Part shown: positions 10,054 through 19,438 of the stretch, piece after piece
Layout: every line of letters begins with the position of its first letter
Position numbering within the stretch: the first letter of the stretch is position 1
NCBI GenBank assembly: GCA_031429075.1
Contig: JANOYW010000080.1
Location: 34,991 to 98,990, forward strand
Direction of reading: 5' to 3'
Source: Bdellovibrionales bacterium
Lineage (GTDB): Bacteria > Bdellovibrionota > Bdellovibrionia > Bdellovibrionales > JAGQZY01
Length of the DNA: 64,000 nucleotides
The notes under the pieces: generated by a model
What the model was told of the DNA's origin: nothing
The model's database searches: none
What the model saw: the letters and a program-made list of their open reading frames with translations, nothing else
Translations under genes and position numbers: made by a program

Positions 10054-10635
10054 ATGATTAAAAAAACGATTATCTCAGGAAATAAAAATTATGGGCTAGG
10101 AATGGCCTTGTGTCAAAAAGTTCCAGGAGCTGACTTTTTCAGTCGGAGCTGCGGAGGTTATGATTTCTCCAAGCACGAAGCGCGCGTCAAATTTGCGGAG
10201 TTAAGTTGTGACTACGAGGTCTATATAAGTTGTAGCTGTTTAGCCCAGTTTCGCCAAACCCTGCTTCTCGAGGCGGTCTATCAAAAGTGGCTAGAGACCG
10301 GCAAAAGCGGCTACATCATTTGTCTTGGAAGTTCGGCAGACGCCACAGTGAAAGGGACACAGTGGCTGTACCCCATAGAAAAGAAGGCATTGAGAGACTA
10401 TTGTAGAAACTTGAGCTTAGCAACTTTAGGCGGTCACGGTTCAAAACCAACGGGAATTCGCATAACCTATCTTAGCCCTGGCTATTTACAAACTTCGGGA
10501 GCGGATAAAAAACATCCCGACGTGCAAAAGATAGATCTCGATTACATGGCTGAATTAATTCAGTGGCTTATTCAGCAACCACCCAATATAAATATTAGTC
10601 ATATGGGATTAGATCCGATTCAAGGAAATTTATAA
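10054..10635 (+). CDS. Short-chain dehydrogenase/reductase-like protein
   Basis: N-terminal ISGNKNYGLG Rossmann-like motif, YPIEK (YxxxK), IRITYLSPGYLQT. Confidence 0.75.
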   Translation: MIKKTIISGNKNYGLGMALCQKVPGADFFSRSCGGYDFSKHEARVKFAELSCDYEVYISCSCLAQFRQTLLLEAVYQKWLETGKSGYIICLGSSADATVKGTQWLYPIEKKALRDYCRNLSLATLGGHGSKPTGIRITYLSPGYLQTSGADKKHPDVQKIDLDYMAELIQWLIQQPPNINISHMGLDPIQGNL

Positions 10636-11744
10636 TGTACCACACGTTTGAATCTTTGCAGGAAATGCATGTTGAGGTTACCAGTCGGTGCAATGCAGCC
10701 TGTCCGATGTGTGCGAGAAATAATTTTGGTGGCTCTGAAAAAGACGGACTGGTTTTGTCAGATTGGTCCGCTCAGGATGCTGAAAAAGTATTCGATGTGA
10801 GGTTTAAAAATTTACGCAACGTCCTCCTTTGTGGCACTCATGGTGACCCAGCGGTGAACCCTAACAGCCTCGAAATTGTACAAACTGTTCGGAAAAACGC
10901 TCCCAATGCGACCGTCGAATTTTATTCCAATGGGAGCTTGCGAACTCCCCAGTGGTGGTCAGAGCTCGGGCGTGTTTTGCGAAAAAAGAATGAAGATGGA
11001 TATTATAGACGAACCGATCTGTGCATTTTCAGTGTTGATGGATTGGGTGATACAAACCATTTGTACCGACGAAAAACCAATTTCGAAAAAATAATGGCTA
11101 ATGCCGAGGCTTTTATTAAAAGTGGCGGAATTGCTCGTTGGGATTATATTGTATTCAAACACAACGAACATCAGGTCGAGGAGGCCGAAGCCCTAGCTAA
11201 AAAAATGGGTTTTAAGCAATTCCGCATTAGAAAAACCTCAAGGTTTGCCTATAGCCCCGACGGCCCAATGAAACATCGAGTTCTCAACAGCAATAACGAA
11301 ATAGAATATTTTCTCGAGCCGACGTCACGAAGTGAGTTTTTAAATAAAGAAAAAGAAACTTATGAAAAAATAGTCTCCAAAGAAAAGCAAGAAACCTATT
11401 CTTACGAATCGCAAGTGAAGTGTCTTAACAAAACACAGTTCCAAAGAATTTATATCAACGCTCAAGTAAAAGTAATGCCTTGCTGTTTTGTGGGTAATGA
11501 TTTTTACCCGGGAAGCGGACTGGTGTTTCGAGATACCAAAGCCAAGGTGGGCTTAAAATACGGGGAAGAATTTAATTCCCTGAAAGAAAAAACATGGGAC
11601 GAAATCCTAAATCACGACTGGTATGCAAAAGATCTCGTGGCCAGTTGGAATCAAGCCGATACGCGACTTGTGAGATGTCAAAGAACGTGCGGTGCTCAAT
11701 GCAATCCAATCACGTCTCAATCACAAGACGTTCAATTCGCTTAG
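10635..11744 (+). CDS. Radical SAM protein, subfamily B
   Basis: RCNAACPMCAR, CGTHGDP, FSVDGLGDTNHLYR, WDYIVFKHNEHQ, PCC, CQRTCG. Confidence 0.9.
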   Translation: MYHTFESLQEMHVEVTSRCNAACPMCARNNFGGSEKDGLVLSDWSAQDAEKVFDVRFKNLRNVLLCGTHGDPAVNPNSLEIVQTVRKNAPNATVEFYSNGSLRTPQWWSELGRVLRKKNEDGYYRRTDLCIFSVDGLGDTNHLYRRKTNFEKIMANAEAFIKSGGIARWDYIVFKHNEHQVEEAEALAKKMGFKQFRIRKTSRFAYSPDGPMKHRVLNSNNEIEYFLEPTSRSEFLNKEKETYEKIVSKEKQETYSYESQVKCLNKTQFQRIYINAQVKVMPCCFVGNDFYPGSGLVFRDTKAKVGLKYGEEFNSLKEKTWDEILNHDWYAKDLVASWNQADTRLVRCQRTCGAQCNPITSQSQDVQFA

Positions 11745-12926
11745 TCGAGGAAATGTATTCAAAAAATTTTGATTTCTTATGGAGTCGAGTGCTTTTGTTT
11801 TTTGCGCAAAAACTAAAGCCTGGTCGTTCAGGTCGGCCTCCAAAGCGTGGTTCAGAATATATTGCAAATGAACTTCGCCTGGAAATTGCGAGTTTTGCTC
11901 GAGAAAGGTTTTGTAGGTTTGCTTGAGTTCTTCTTTTAGAGAACTCGAGAGAATCTGCGGTGATAAGTAAGATGGGAAGCTAAGGTGCGTGGGATTTTCG
12001 GAAACCCTTGAAAGTAGATGGGTTGGAATCTTTTCCAACTTCTGCTTATACCACCAAGCTAAAATCTCTGGAAATTGAAAAACATTGAGTACGCTCACTG
12101 TCGTTCGTAGGATAAGATGGATATTGTCGGACTCTGCAGCGAGGGATAAGAATTTTTTTACGTTTTCTAAGACGGTCTCGCCGTGGCTGGGATAACGAAT
12201 ATAATTAATGTCTTGTGGTAAAATGGCATCAAGGCTGAGGGCCAATTCCACACGTTCCAATTCTTTCCACATCGAAAGAACTTCGCCACTTGGGTACACT
12301 GTTAGATTCGTGCTGTAATTTAGATACGTTTGTTTTGGATTTCCAGACGCTAAAAGTATTTGCAAAAATTGCGTATGTTGCGGGTCTACAAAAGGTTCGC
12401 CGCCAGTGACTTTCACATGCTTCAGCGTTGGCGCCATTTTTTTTAGGACTGACATATCAAAAGACACCACCCTTTGCTGTCCAATGGGGGCACCCAATAA
12501 ACTGAGTTCATCTTTAATCCAGCGTGTGCTGTAGCGTGAATCACACATGCGACAGGCTATATTGCATATGTTTGAAAATGGAATTTCGAGCCAGGTGATT
12601 TTTGGGGTCGAAAAATCTACTTGTGACAAGCCAAGAGAGGGATGTTTATTGTAACGCTGTCTTAAGCTGAGTTTGCCTGAGGATTCTTCTTGGTAACATC
12701 GTGTACAGCCGGATAAAGCCTTATTCTGCAACATATTTTCACGAATGGAATTCATCTGATCCCCATTAAAAAACTCGTCAAGATTGGCATCTTTGGACGA
12801 CATTTTTCCATGAAAACGGCAGCAGGGTTTAAATTCTCCCTGAGGAGATACAAAAGAGTGATTCCATGCGAGGGCGCATAGAGTGTCAGAAGGCGGGTTT
12901 ACATTATTTGAAGTGCGGTTCTTCAT
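11721..12926 (-). CDS. Radical SAM protein with N-terminal twitch domain (subfamily A)
   Basis: LCALAW..FKPCC...CTRC, then ICNIACRMC, TGGEP, NYIRYPS. Confidence 0.9.
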   Translation of the reverse strand: MKNRTSNNVNPPSDTLCALAWNHSFVSPQGEFKPCCRFHGKMSSKDANLDEFFNGDQMNSIRENMLQNKALSGCTRCYQEESSGKLSLRQRYNKHPSLGLSQVDFSTPKITWLEIPFSNICNIACRMCDSRYSTRWIKDELSLLGAPIGQQRVVSFDMSVLKKMAPTLKHVKVTGGEPFVDPQHTQFLQILLASGNPKQTYLNYSTNLTVYPSGEVLSMWKELERVELALSLDAILPQDINYIRYPSHGETVLENVKKFLSLAAESDNIHLILRTTVSVLNVFQFPEILAWWYKQKLEKIPTHLLSRVSENPTHLSFPSYLSPQILSSSLKEELKQTYKTFLEQNSQFPGEVHLQYILNHALEADLNDQALVFAQKTKALDSIRNQNFLNTFPRLSELNVL

Positions 12927-13007
12927 GGTCTCACTCTATGGGAAATACTTGTCGACTCTTTACACACTCATTTATAATATGTACTTTTGGAAATAAAAAG
13001 GGAATTG

Positions 13008-14366
13008 ATGCTTAGCAAAAAACTCGAATATTTTTGGGTACCTTTAGTCAGCATCAGCGTGTGGACTGCATTTTGTGTGATTTTCTGGCCAGCCCTTGTG
13101 ACCTCGGATGGAGCACGATATTGGCAGCGTCTGTTCTTCGAAAACAGAAGTATTTGCCAGTTGACCTGGGAATCCGTCTTGTATTCGTGTTTTTTTGGGT
13201 ACGCTTCTTTAGTAAATTTGGGCCTTCCTACGATTCTTCATGTTTTGCTGGCAACGGTGGTTCTTTGGAGAGCTTATTGGGTTCTCCTTGAGAGGCAAAA
13301 ATCAAAGTCTGCAGCAGCAGTATTTGTTTTATTGATACTGTTGGTTCCTGCCCACGGCCATTTGTTGATGATGACAGAGCGGGATATTCTTTTTGCCTGG
13401 CTCTGCCTACTTCTCACCGTAGAATTCATTCCCTACCATGAACCAAACCGAGGAACCATGGCAACATGGGGAAAGCAAACATATTGGTGCCTTTTGGGTT
13501 TACTAGTATTTGGGGTGCGAGCGGATGGAGTGATTTATCTTCTGAGTCTCGCATGGTTGTGCAAAAAAATATTTTTCTACAGCAAAGATGCTCTCAAAAC
13601 ATTTTTGCAACAGCAAAGCGCCATGTTCCTAGTATGGATTTTATTTTTCGCGGTGGTCGTTAAGTCTGAACTGTGGATACAACATACTGCGGATTACACT
13701 CGTAACGGCTATGCTCATTCCCTTCTCTACATCATACATCAAAGGCCCGCCCTTCTTGAATTGCCGGCAGGCCAGGACCTCGTGGAAATTATAGATCCCG
13801 ACCAAGTTTGGACAGAACTTCCCACTGAAAAACAAAATTATGATTTTCTTAAAAAAGACATCCCCGCAAAAAAGCTTTTTTTTGTTTCTTCAAAATACAT
13901 TATTTTAAATTTAGACATCTTTTTTGAAGGACGAGTTTTGACGATGCTAAGGCTTTTCGACAGAGGATATTTTTATCCGCTAAAAAACGAAGAGGAGCTT
14001 AAAACCGTCAAAAGCTTAATCACAGAAGACAAATCAAAACGTCTTCAGGAATACCAAGATTTAATAAATGCCAAAAGTACAGTCAATGCAACCTCAGTGG
14101 AAACAATCTTTTTATGGCGCCCCTGGTATGTACTAATTCTATTTTTTATTATTCTGCCGGCTCTTTATATTTATTTTCGACAAATGTTTTATCTTTCATG
14201 TCCGATGCTGGCCCATTTTATTTTAGTATTTTTAACCCAACCAACAGGGAAACCAAAATATATCTATTCCGAAACCCTTATTGCATTGCTCATTTGCATT
14301 TTGGGGATGTTACAGGTGGTAAAGAAAATTCGTCAAATAAAGGTTAAGGCGAAATCCGTTGCTTAA
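13008..14366 (+). CDS. Multi-pass membrane protein, GT-C/DUF6020-like putative glycosyltransferase
   Basis: Many TM helices; FWPALVTSDG..Y, ERDILF, VRADG, C-terminal KYIY shared with two paralogs; start could be TTG 12987. Confidence 0.55.
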   Translation: MLSKKLEYFWVPLVSISVWTAFCVIFWPALVTSDGARYWQRLFFENRSICQLTWESVLYSCFFGYASLVNLGLPTILHVLLATVVLWRAYWVLLERQKSKSAAAVFVLLILLVPAHGHLLMMTERDILFAWLCLLLTVEFIPYHEPNRGTMATWGKQTYWCLLGLLVFGVRADGVIYLLSLAWLCKKIFFYSKDALKTFLQQQSAMFLVWILFFAVVVKSELWIQHTADYTRNGYAHSLLYIIHQRPALLELPAGQDLVEIIDPDQVWTELPTEKQNYDFLKKDIPAKKLFFVSSKYIILNLDIFFEGRVLTMLRLFDRGYFYPLKNEEELKTVKSLITEDKSKRLQEYQDLINAKSTVNATSVETIFLWRPWYVLILFFIILPALYIYFRQMFYLSCPMLAHFILVFLTQPTGKPKYIYSETLIALLICILGMLQVVKKIRQIKVKAKSVA

Positions 14367-15009
14367 GCAAAGACTCCGCCAGAACGAAGTCCTGCGGTGA
14401 ATCTATCTCGTGGGTAAATTCTTCTGGTAGAACAAAAGTTCCAATTGTCCCAAAAAGTCGGCAGCCATGGGCTTTTAATCCTGACACATGCATAAAGTAG
14501 AAGGCCCCGTTTTCGATGTAGCATCCTTTAAAATCCTGTCTGCGTGGGCGGTTCAGAGGCTCGTAATTGAGTGCCACACCTTCGTGCGACCATAAAAATC
14601 TTTTAAATTCACAAACTGATAAAAGTGAATCGTAATTACTATTTTGAAACAAGGCAGCTGCTTCCTGGATATGCTCTTTGGTAATGAAAGGGGAGGTCAC
14701 CTGAAAAAGGCCCAACCAATCTGATTGTAGATTGAGGCTTTTATCCAGCAAAACCGCCTCGGTTGAGGTTGTGTCGAGCGCTAGCTCTTCGGAACGTGGG
14801 TGGATTTTTACCGCCGTACCAAAATCCTTTTCCACAGCGCGTGCAATTTCGCTGGATTCTGTGGAAACAATAATCTGATTAAATACCTGTGCCTCAATCA
14901 ATGCGGAAAGAGTCCAATGGTAAAGGGGCCTTCCAGCAATAAGTTTTATATTTTTCTTAGGTATTCCTTTAGACCCTAATCGCATGGGAACGAAAGCTGT
15001 AGACGTCAT
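14344..15009 (-). CDS. neuA: Acylneuraminate (nonulosonate) cytidylyltransferase
   Basis: PMRLGSKGIPKKNIK, QVTSPF, RPRRQD, ENGAFY, EIDSPQD. Confidence 0.9.
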   Translation of the reverse strand: MTSTAFVPMRLGSKGIPKKNIKLIAGRPLYHWTLSALIEAQVFNQIIVSTESSEIARAVEKDFGTAVKIHPRSEELALDTTSTEAVLLDKSLNLQSDWLGLFQVTSPFITKEHIQEAAALFQNSNYDSLLSVCEFKRFLWSHEGVALNYEPLNRPRRQDFKGCYIENGAFYFMHVSGLKAHGCRLFGTIGTFVLPEEFTHEIDSPQDFVLAESLLKQRISP

Positions 15010-16268
15010 GGTATTGATTCCTTTTCACAAAGAAAAGCCAAGGACTGAATTTCTTTATCCAATGTATTGCAGTAAGCTTCGTACTCAGTTGCCCAATGGG
15101 GTGTTTGGCTGTAGTCAGAAAATTTTTGTAGATTCTCTCCCGCACCTAAGCTTGGCTCCCATTGCAAAACAAGGCTTGCGGAATTAAGAAACGGGAGGCG
15201 TTCCGCACTTACAGCTTCGATTTCGGGCACAAAAAAACTCGGCGTACTCAAAGACAAAAAATCTAGATGAACGTTTGAGTTGCCTGCCCAAACCATATCA
15301 ATGTTCTGCGTAATGTTCCTAAGGGGGTGGAAAAGCTCACCCCTGATATGCGCAGGCTGCTCCCGCCGAGCCTTGAACATATCCATGGCAGTGGGGTGGT
15401 AGCGCACGTAAAAATCACAGTCATTATTTTTTTGAATAAGATGTGTGAGTTGGCTCCAGCTAAATTTCTTCGACAAGGCCAACAGGACCCTTGGTCTTCG
15501 CATATTTAAACTCTGGTTAAATTTGGGAAAAGAATGTGTATAAAAATAAGTTTTCTCAAAAACACAACCGCCACGGTCGTAAGCCCATTTTGCTGCAATA
15601 CCATGTAACACGGCAATATCTGCTGTAAAAGGAGCTGTAGATAACGGAAGGTGCGAGTGCGACAAAAAAACTGATTTCTTTTTAGAGATCTGTGCGCAAG
15701 CGAGGAAGGCAAGACCATGGGGGTTTCCTTCCGTTGAAACCATCACTGTGGTTAGCTTTGAGCCCGAAAAAAATCTGGTTCCGCTCAGAACCCAAACCAA
15801 ATATTCACAGGACCGAACATATACAAATAACCGATTCGTAATCTCGTTGTCCGAGCGCTTAGTTAAAAATTGCACATACATCTTAAGAAGATATAGACCG
15901 TCGAGTGGGGCAAGCAAAATATTCAAAAGTTTATCTAGAAAAGACGATCTAAGTCGTACTAAAAAGACATGAGAACTTAAGACTTCGATCAACTTTTCTT
16001 CATTTGTATTTTTGAAAAAAAATGCGTTTTTACCTAGCTTATCTTTCGAAATTCCTCGAGGGGAAAAATAAACATAGCAAAGGAAAAAAACTGCAAAACG
16101 AAAAGCGGTCACCTTGAGCAGGGGCTCAGCGAAGTGATAAAGCATTTTTTTGATTGGGTGTGCCTGCAAATAAGCATCAACCAGCTCCTGACGCTCTTGA
16201 GTGGCATCTTTAATGTGGAGTGTATTTAAGTATCTTTCAATAATAGAGATATTTTCAAAAAGAATCAT
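15006..16268 (-). CDS. Hypothetical protein, possible nonulosonate transferase / GT-B-like
   Basis: ATGA-coupled between neuB and neuA; VRYHP and GNSNVHLDFL resemble HP and S-T/V motifs of sialyl/Kdo-transferase-like GT-B proteins. Confidence 0.45.
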   Translation of the reverse strand: MILFENISIIERYLNTLHIKDATQERQELVDAYLQAHPIKKMLYHFAEPLLKVTAFRFAVFFLCYVYFSPRGISKDKLGKNAFFFKNTNEEKLIEVLSSHVFLVRLRSSFLDKLLNILLAPLDGLYLLKMYVQFLTKRSDNEITNRLFVYVRSCEYLVWVLSGTRFFSGSKLTTVMVSTEGNPHGLAFLACAQISKKKSVFLSHSHLPLSTAPFTADIAVLHGIAAKWAYDRGGCVFEKTYFYTHSFPKFNQSLNMRRPRVLLALSKKFSWSQLTHLIQKNNDCDFYVRYHPTAMDMFKARREQPAHIRGELFHPLRNITQNIDMVWAGNSNVHLDFLSLSTPSFFVPEIEAVSAERLPFLNSASLVLQWEPSLGAGENLQKFSDYSQTPHWATEYEAYCNTLDKEIQSLAFLCEKESIP

Positions 16269-17167
16269 TTTAACTTTTTTTGACTTGGTTTTTCTGATTG
16301 CAAAAGTTGCTTTTTGGGACGCCAATCAAGAGCGTTTCCACAGTCGGTAAGATTTTGCCCTAGCTGCGATAACTCGCCTGGAGTTAATGAAAACTTCTGA
16401 TCTGTTCCTTTCCAGGTTTTGTTCAGTGTGACGTGGCGTTCGATATGTGTGACGCCAAACAGCAACGAAAATGCATCAAGTGAAATCCCAGCATCGTGGT
16501 TAGAAAACCCTAATGAAAGGTATCGTGAGTTTAATTGTTGTAGTTCATTTTTTAGGTTTGCCATTTCTAAAAGGCAAGCTTCCGTTGGTGGGGTTGGGTA
16601 TCCTGAAACACAAAAGTAAAAAACTATCCTTTGGTTTTTAATCGCTTTCTTTGCAATACGTTTAATGAGGTTTTTTATTTGTGAAGGAATCAAGAGTCCC
16701 AAAGAGACATGCACCAAGGGCACTCGTCTGCTTAACACATAGTCCACAAGCCGTTCATCTAAATTCTTTGCCGAAGGGATCTTGATATGTTTTGGTTTTA
16801 AAGAAACTATATCCTCGGCACTCCCCATATCCCAAACGCTCGACATGTAATCGAGGGAGAATGATTCGATATATTTTTTTAAGCTTTTGTGTTCATCCAG
16901 TGAAAACTCTAGGGCAAGACGATGTTCCCCATAGGTTTTCCCGTAACTTTCAGATGGTTTAGGATGTGCTTCATAAAAATTACGGAGAGTGTCTGGACTA
17001 ATTGTTCGTTTTTGAAATTTAACAATCCCAAGCAGTGGTATTTTCTTAATGGAGTCTACCATTGAGAATGCAGTTTTAAGATCCCCTCGATGATTACAAC
17101 CAAGCTCTGCGGTGAGAGTGGGAAGATGCTTAATTCTGTGGAGGGTCAGTTGATTATACTTGGGCAT
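16265..17167 (-). CDS. neuB: N-acetylneuraminate synthase family protein (NeuB/SpsE), short form without C-terminal SAF domain
   Basis: AELGCNHRGD, VKFQKR, SVWD, IKIPSA, GFSNH, IERHVTL..KGTDQKFSL; start uncertain (ATG 17167 or TTG 17188). Confidence 0.88.
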   Translation of the reverse strand: MPKYNQLTLHRIKHLPTLTAELGCNHRGDLKTAFSMVDSIKKIPLLGIVKFQKRTISPDTLRNFYEAHPKPSESYGKTYGEHRLALEFSLDEHKSLKKYIESFSLDYMSSVWDMGSAEDIVSLKPKHIKIPSAKNLDERLVDYVLSRRVPLVHVSLGLLIPSQIKNLIKRIAKKAIKNQRIVFYFCVSGYPTPPTEACLLEMANLKNELQQLNSRYLSLGFSNHDAGISLDAFSLLFGVTHIERHVTLNKTWKGTDQKFSLTPGELSQLGQNLTDCGNALDWRPKKQLLQSEKPSQKKLK

Positions 17168-17209
17168 AAGGTATGCTAAATTAAACAATTATAGATTAGG
17201 CAGCAATTT

Positions 17210-19438
17210 GTGCTAAGGCAACACAATTTCACGGCGAAGCAGTCCAAGACGGATACCGATAAAATCCCAATTTTACTCTCTTGTCTGTCCGTTGTGTTTT
17301 GGCTTGTCGTTATAGGTTGGAATGTGTGGCCGGGAATCTATGATTCAGACTCAATCTCCTATGCCTCCATAGCAATGTTTTTACCCCCTCAGGAATGTGT
17401 TAATTTCTGGGAGTCTTGGCTTTACACTTACCTACTTTGTAAATCGTTTTCAGTCGGCATCGTTTTTGGCTTGTTTTGCCTTTTGCAGGTCGGCATAGGG
17501 TTGAGCTTGTTCGCTTTCAACGGTTTCCTAATTTTAAAAACTTCCGTAAAGTATTTTTTGATCGCAAACCTCATCTTTTGCGTGTTTCCGTTTCTTGGAC
17601 TCTCTTTTTTTTATTTAGAGCGAGATGTACTTTTTGCTCTTTGCTCCCTCCTACCGACTATTTTACTATTCAAAAATGGCAATGACACGAGATGGGGCGC
17701 CGTTAAAATCATTCTCTGTGGCGCACTTTTGGGCCTAGCCTCGTTCTTGAGGATTGAAGGTCTTCTGTTTTTGATGGTATTTCCTATTCAACTTTTTCTT
17801 TTGCGCGGAAATAAAAGCCGAGAAATTTTATTGGCAACGGTTATTGTGGGCATTTTCGCAATCGGAGTGCCGATAACGGAAATGAGCTCCGTGAAGTCCC
17901 GTAAAGACCGATATTCCCTCAATGCAACGCTCCCATGGGCCTTGCATCTTTACCAAAACCATAAAGTCTATTTAGACGTCCAAACTGTGCATATATTTGA
18001 GAAAGTGATAGATCCCCAACAGATCAGGTTTATAACGTCGCTTTACCCCAGCAATATTATCCGAGCTGAAGCGACTGCGGAAGATATTTACTTATTTCAA
18101 AAGAAATCGATTTATATGATTTTTCGACATCCCGATGCTTTTATAAGAAAAAGACTTCTAAGTTTGAGCAAGGGGAGACATCAGCTTATTGGTATCCCTC
18201 AAGAGGGAAGTTTTGATCGTGCAGACGAAGTTAGTATGAACAAGGCGGATCAACACATTACCTCCGTTCGCAGCGAATCGAGTCAGTACCTCCCGAAATT
18301 TCTTGACCTAAAAATTGCGGAAAAAGTGAATGGTCGGAAAACGCTGAGTTTTTTTTATTTTTTTGGACACTATGGATTAGTTTTGTGGTTGTTCGCTTTT
18401 ATCACTCTAATAGCAATGGCTTCAATGGTAAAAAAGAATTATTTTGTCGCAGCTATACCCAGTATTTTACAAATAATTATTTTTTTTCTCTTTGCGCCTT
18501 CCGGAAATGGGAAGTACTTGTGGCTAACTGCATTGTTCAGTGCGATGACCGCTCCTTGGGTTTTCTTGAATTTGAGATTCTCTGCCTTGTTAAAGGTCTT
18601 TCCATTTAGAAAAATAAATTTTGCAAAAGATCTATCAAAAGTCTCGCAGGATGCGATGAGGCGTTATTTGAAGGTTTTCTTGAGCCTGTTAATTTCGTTG
18701 GGCTGCTTGCTCCTACTTTATAATCAGGACATTCTGGTGGCGGATTTTTGGTCGCAAAATTCCAGTGGCTTCATTTGGATTCTTCTCTCTGTGGTCGCAC
18801 ATGCGGTGACTACTCTTTTAGCGAGCCTTCGGTGGCGAATAATTTTACAAGCTCCTGCTTTATCTCTAAAAGACTTATTCTTTATCAGTTGGCGATCGCA
18901 ATTGACGGGTATGATTAGCTTGGGATCCATCGGCGGGGATCTTCACAAAATATTATATTTAAACCAAACTCATAAAATTTCGATGAAAAACGGACTTAAG
19001 AGTTGCGTATGGGAACGTTTATGGGGTCTTTCGGGAATTTTATTTCTTGTTCTTTTTTATTACATGATTGAAGAACGATTATTTATACAAGCCGTATTTT
19101 TGTTTATTATCCCTTTTACAATCTTGCGTTCGCGAAAAATTTGGCTGTTAACTCTTGCAAATCATATCGTCAAAGCCTCGCTTTTTTATTGCATATTGTA
19201 TTTCGTATTTCTGTTTTCAGGACGCCTCACAGATATTTTTCTTGTTCTTCTGAGTGAGGTATTTCCTTTGAGTATCGATGGTCTGGGCACCAGTCACTTA
19301 ATAGCACAGCGACTTTTTATTGTGGGCGGTGCTAAAGCTTACACTTTTTTCTTTTTGGGGAAGGTCTTATTCAAAATTCTGTCTTTAATCGTTTGGAAAA
19401 GAATTAGAAGAACAGAAGGGGCAACAGCTATAAAGTAA
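17210..19438 (+). CDS. Fusion of a GT-C/DUF6020-like membrane protein and a lysylphosphatidylglycerol-synthase TM (flippase-like, UPF0104) domain
   Basis: N-part WPGIYDSDS..Y, ERDVLF, LRIEG, KYLW; C-part from M483 with SLRWRIIL, GSIGGD, ERLWGL, PLSIDGLG. Confidence 0.6.
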   Translation: MLRQHNFTAKQSKTDTDKIPILLSCLSVVFWLVVIGWNVWPGIYDSDSISYASIAMFLPPQECVNFWESWLYTYLLCKSFSVGIVFGLFCLLQVGIGLSLFAFNGFLILKTSVKYFLIANLIFCVFPFLGLSFFYLERDVLFALCSLLPTILLFKNGNDTRWGAVKIILCGALLGLASFLRIEGLLFLMVFPIQLFLLRGNKSREILLATVIVGIFAIGVPITEMSSVKSRKDRYSLNATLPWALHLYQNHKVYLDVQTVHIFEKVIDPQQIRFITSLYPSNIIRAEATAEDIYLFQKKSIYMIFRHPDAFIRKRLLSLSKGRHQLIGIPQEGSFDRADEVSMNKADQHITSVRSESSQYLPKFLDLKIAEKVNGRKTLSFFYFFGHYGLVLWLFAFITLIAMASMVKKNYFVAAIPSILQIIIFFLFAPSGNGKYLWLTALFSAMTAPWVFLNLRFSALLKVFPFRKINFAKDLSKVSQDAMRRYLKVFLSLLISLGCLLLLYNQDILVADFWSQNSSGFIWILLSVVAHAVTTLLASLRWRIILQAPALSLKDLFFISWRSQLTGMISLGSIGGDLHKILYLNQTHKISMKNGLKSCVWERLWGLSGILFLVLFYYMIEERLFIQAVFLFIIPFTILRSRKIWLLTLANHIVKASLFYCILYFVFLFSGRLTDIFLVLLSEVFPLSIDGLGTSHLIAQRLFIVGGAKAYTFFFLGKVLFKILSLIVWKRIRRTEGATAIK

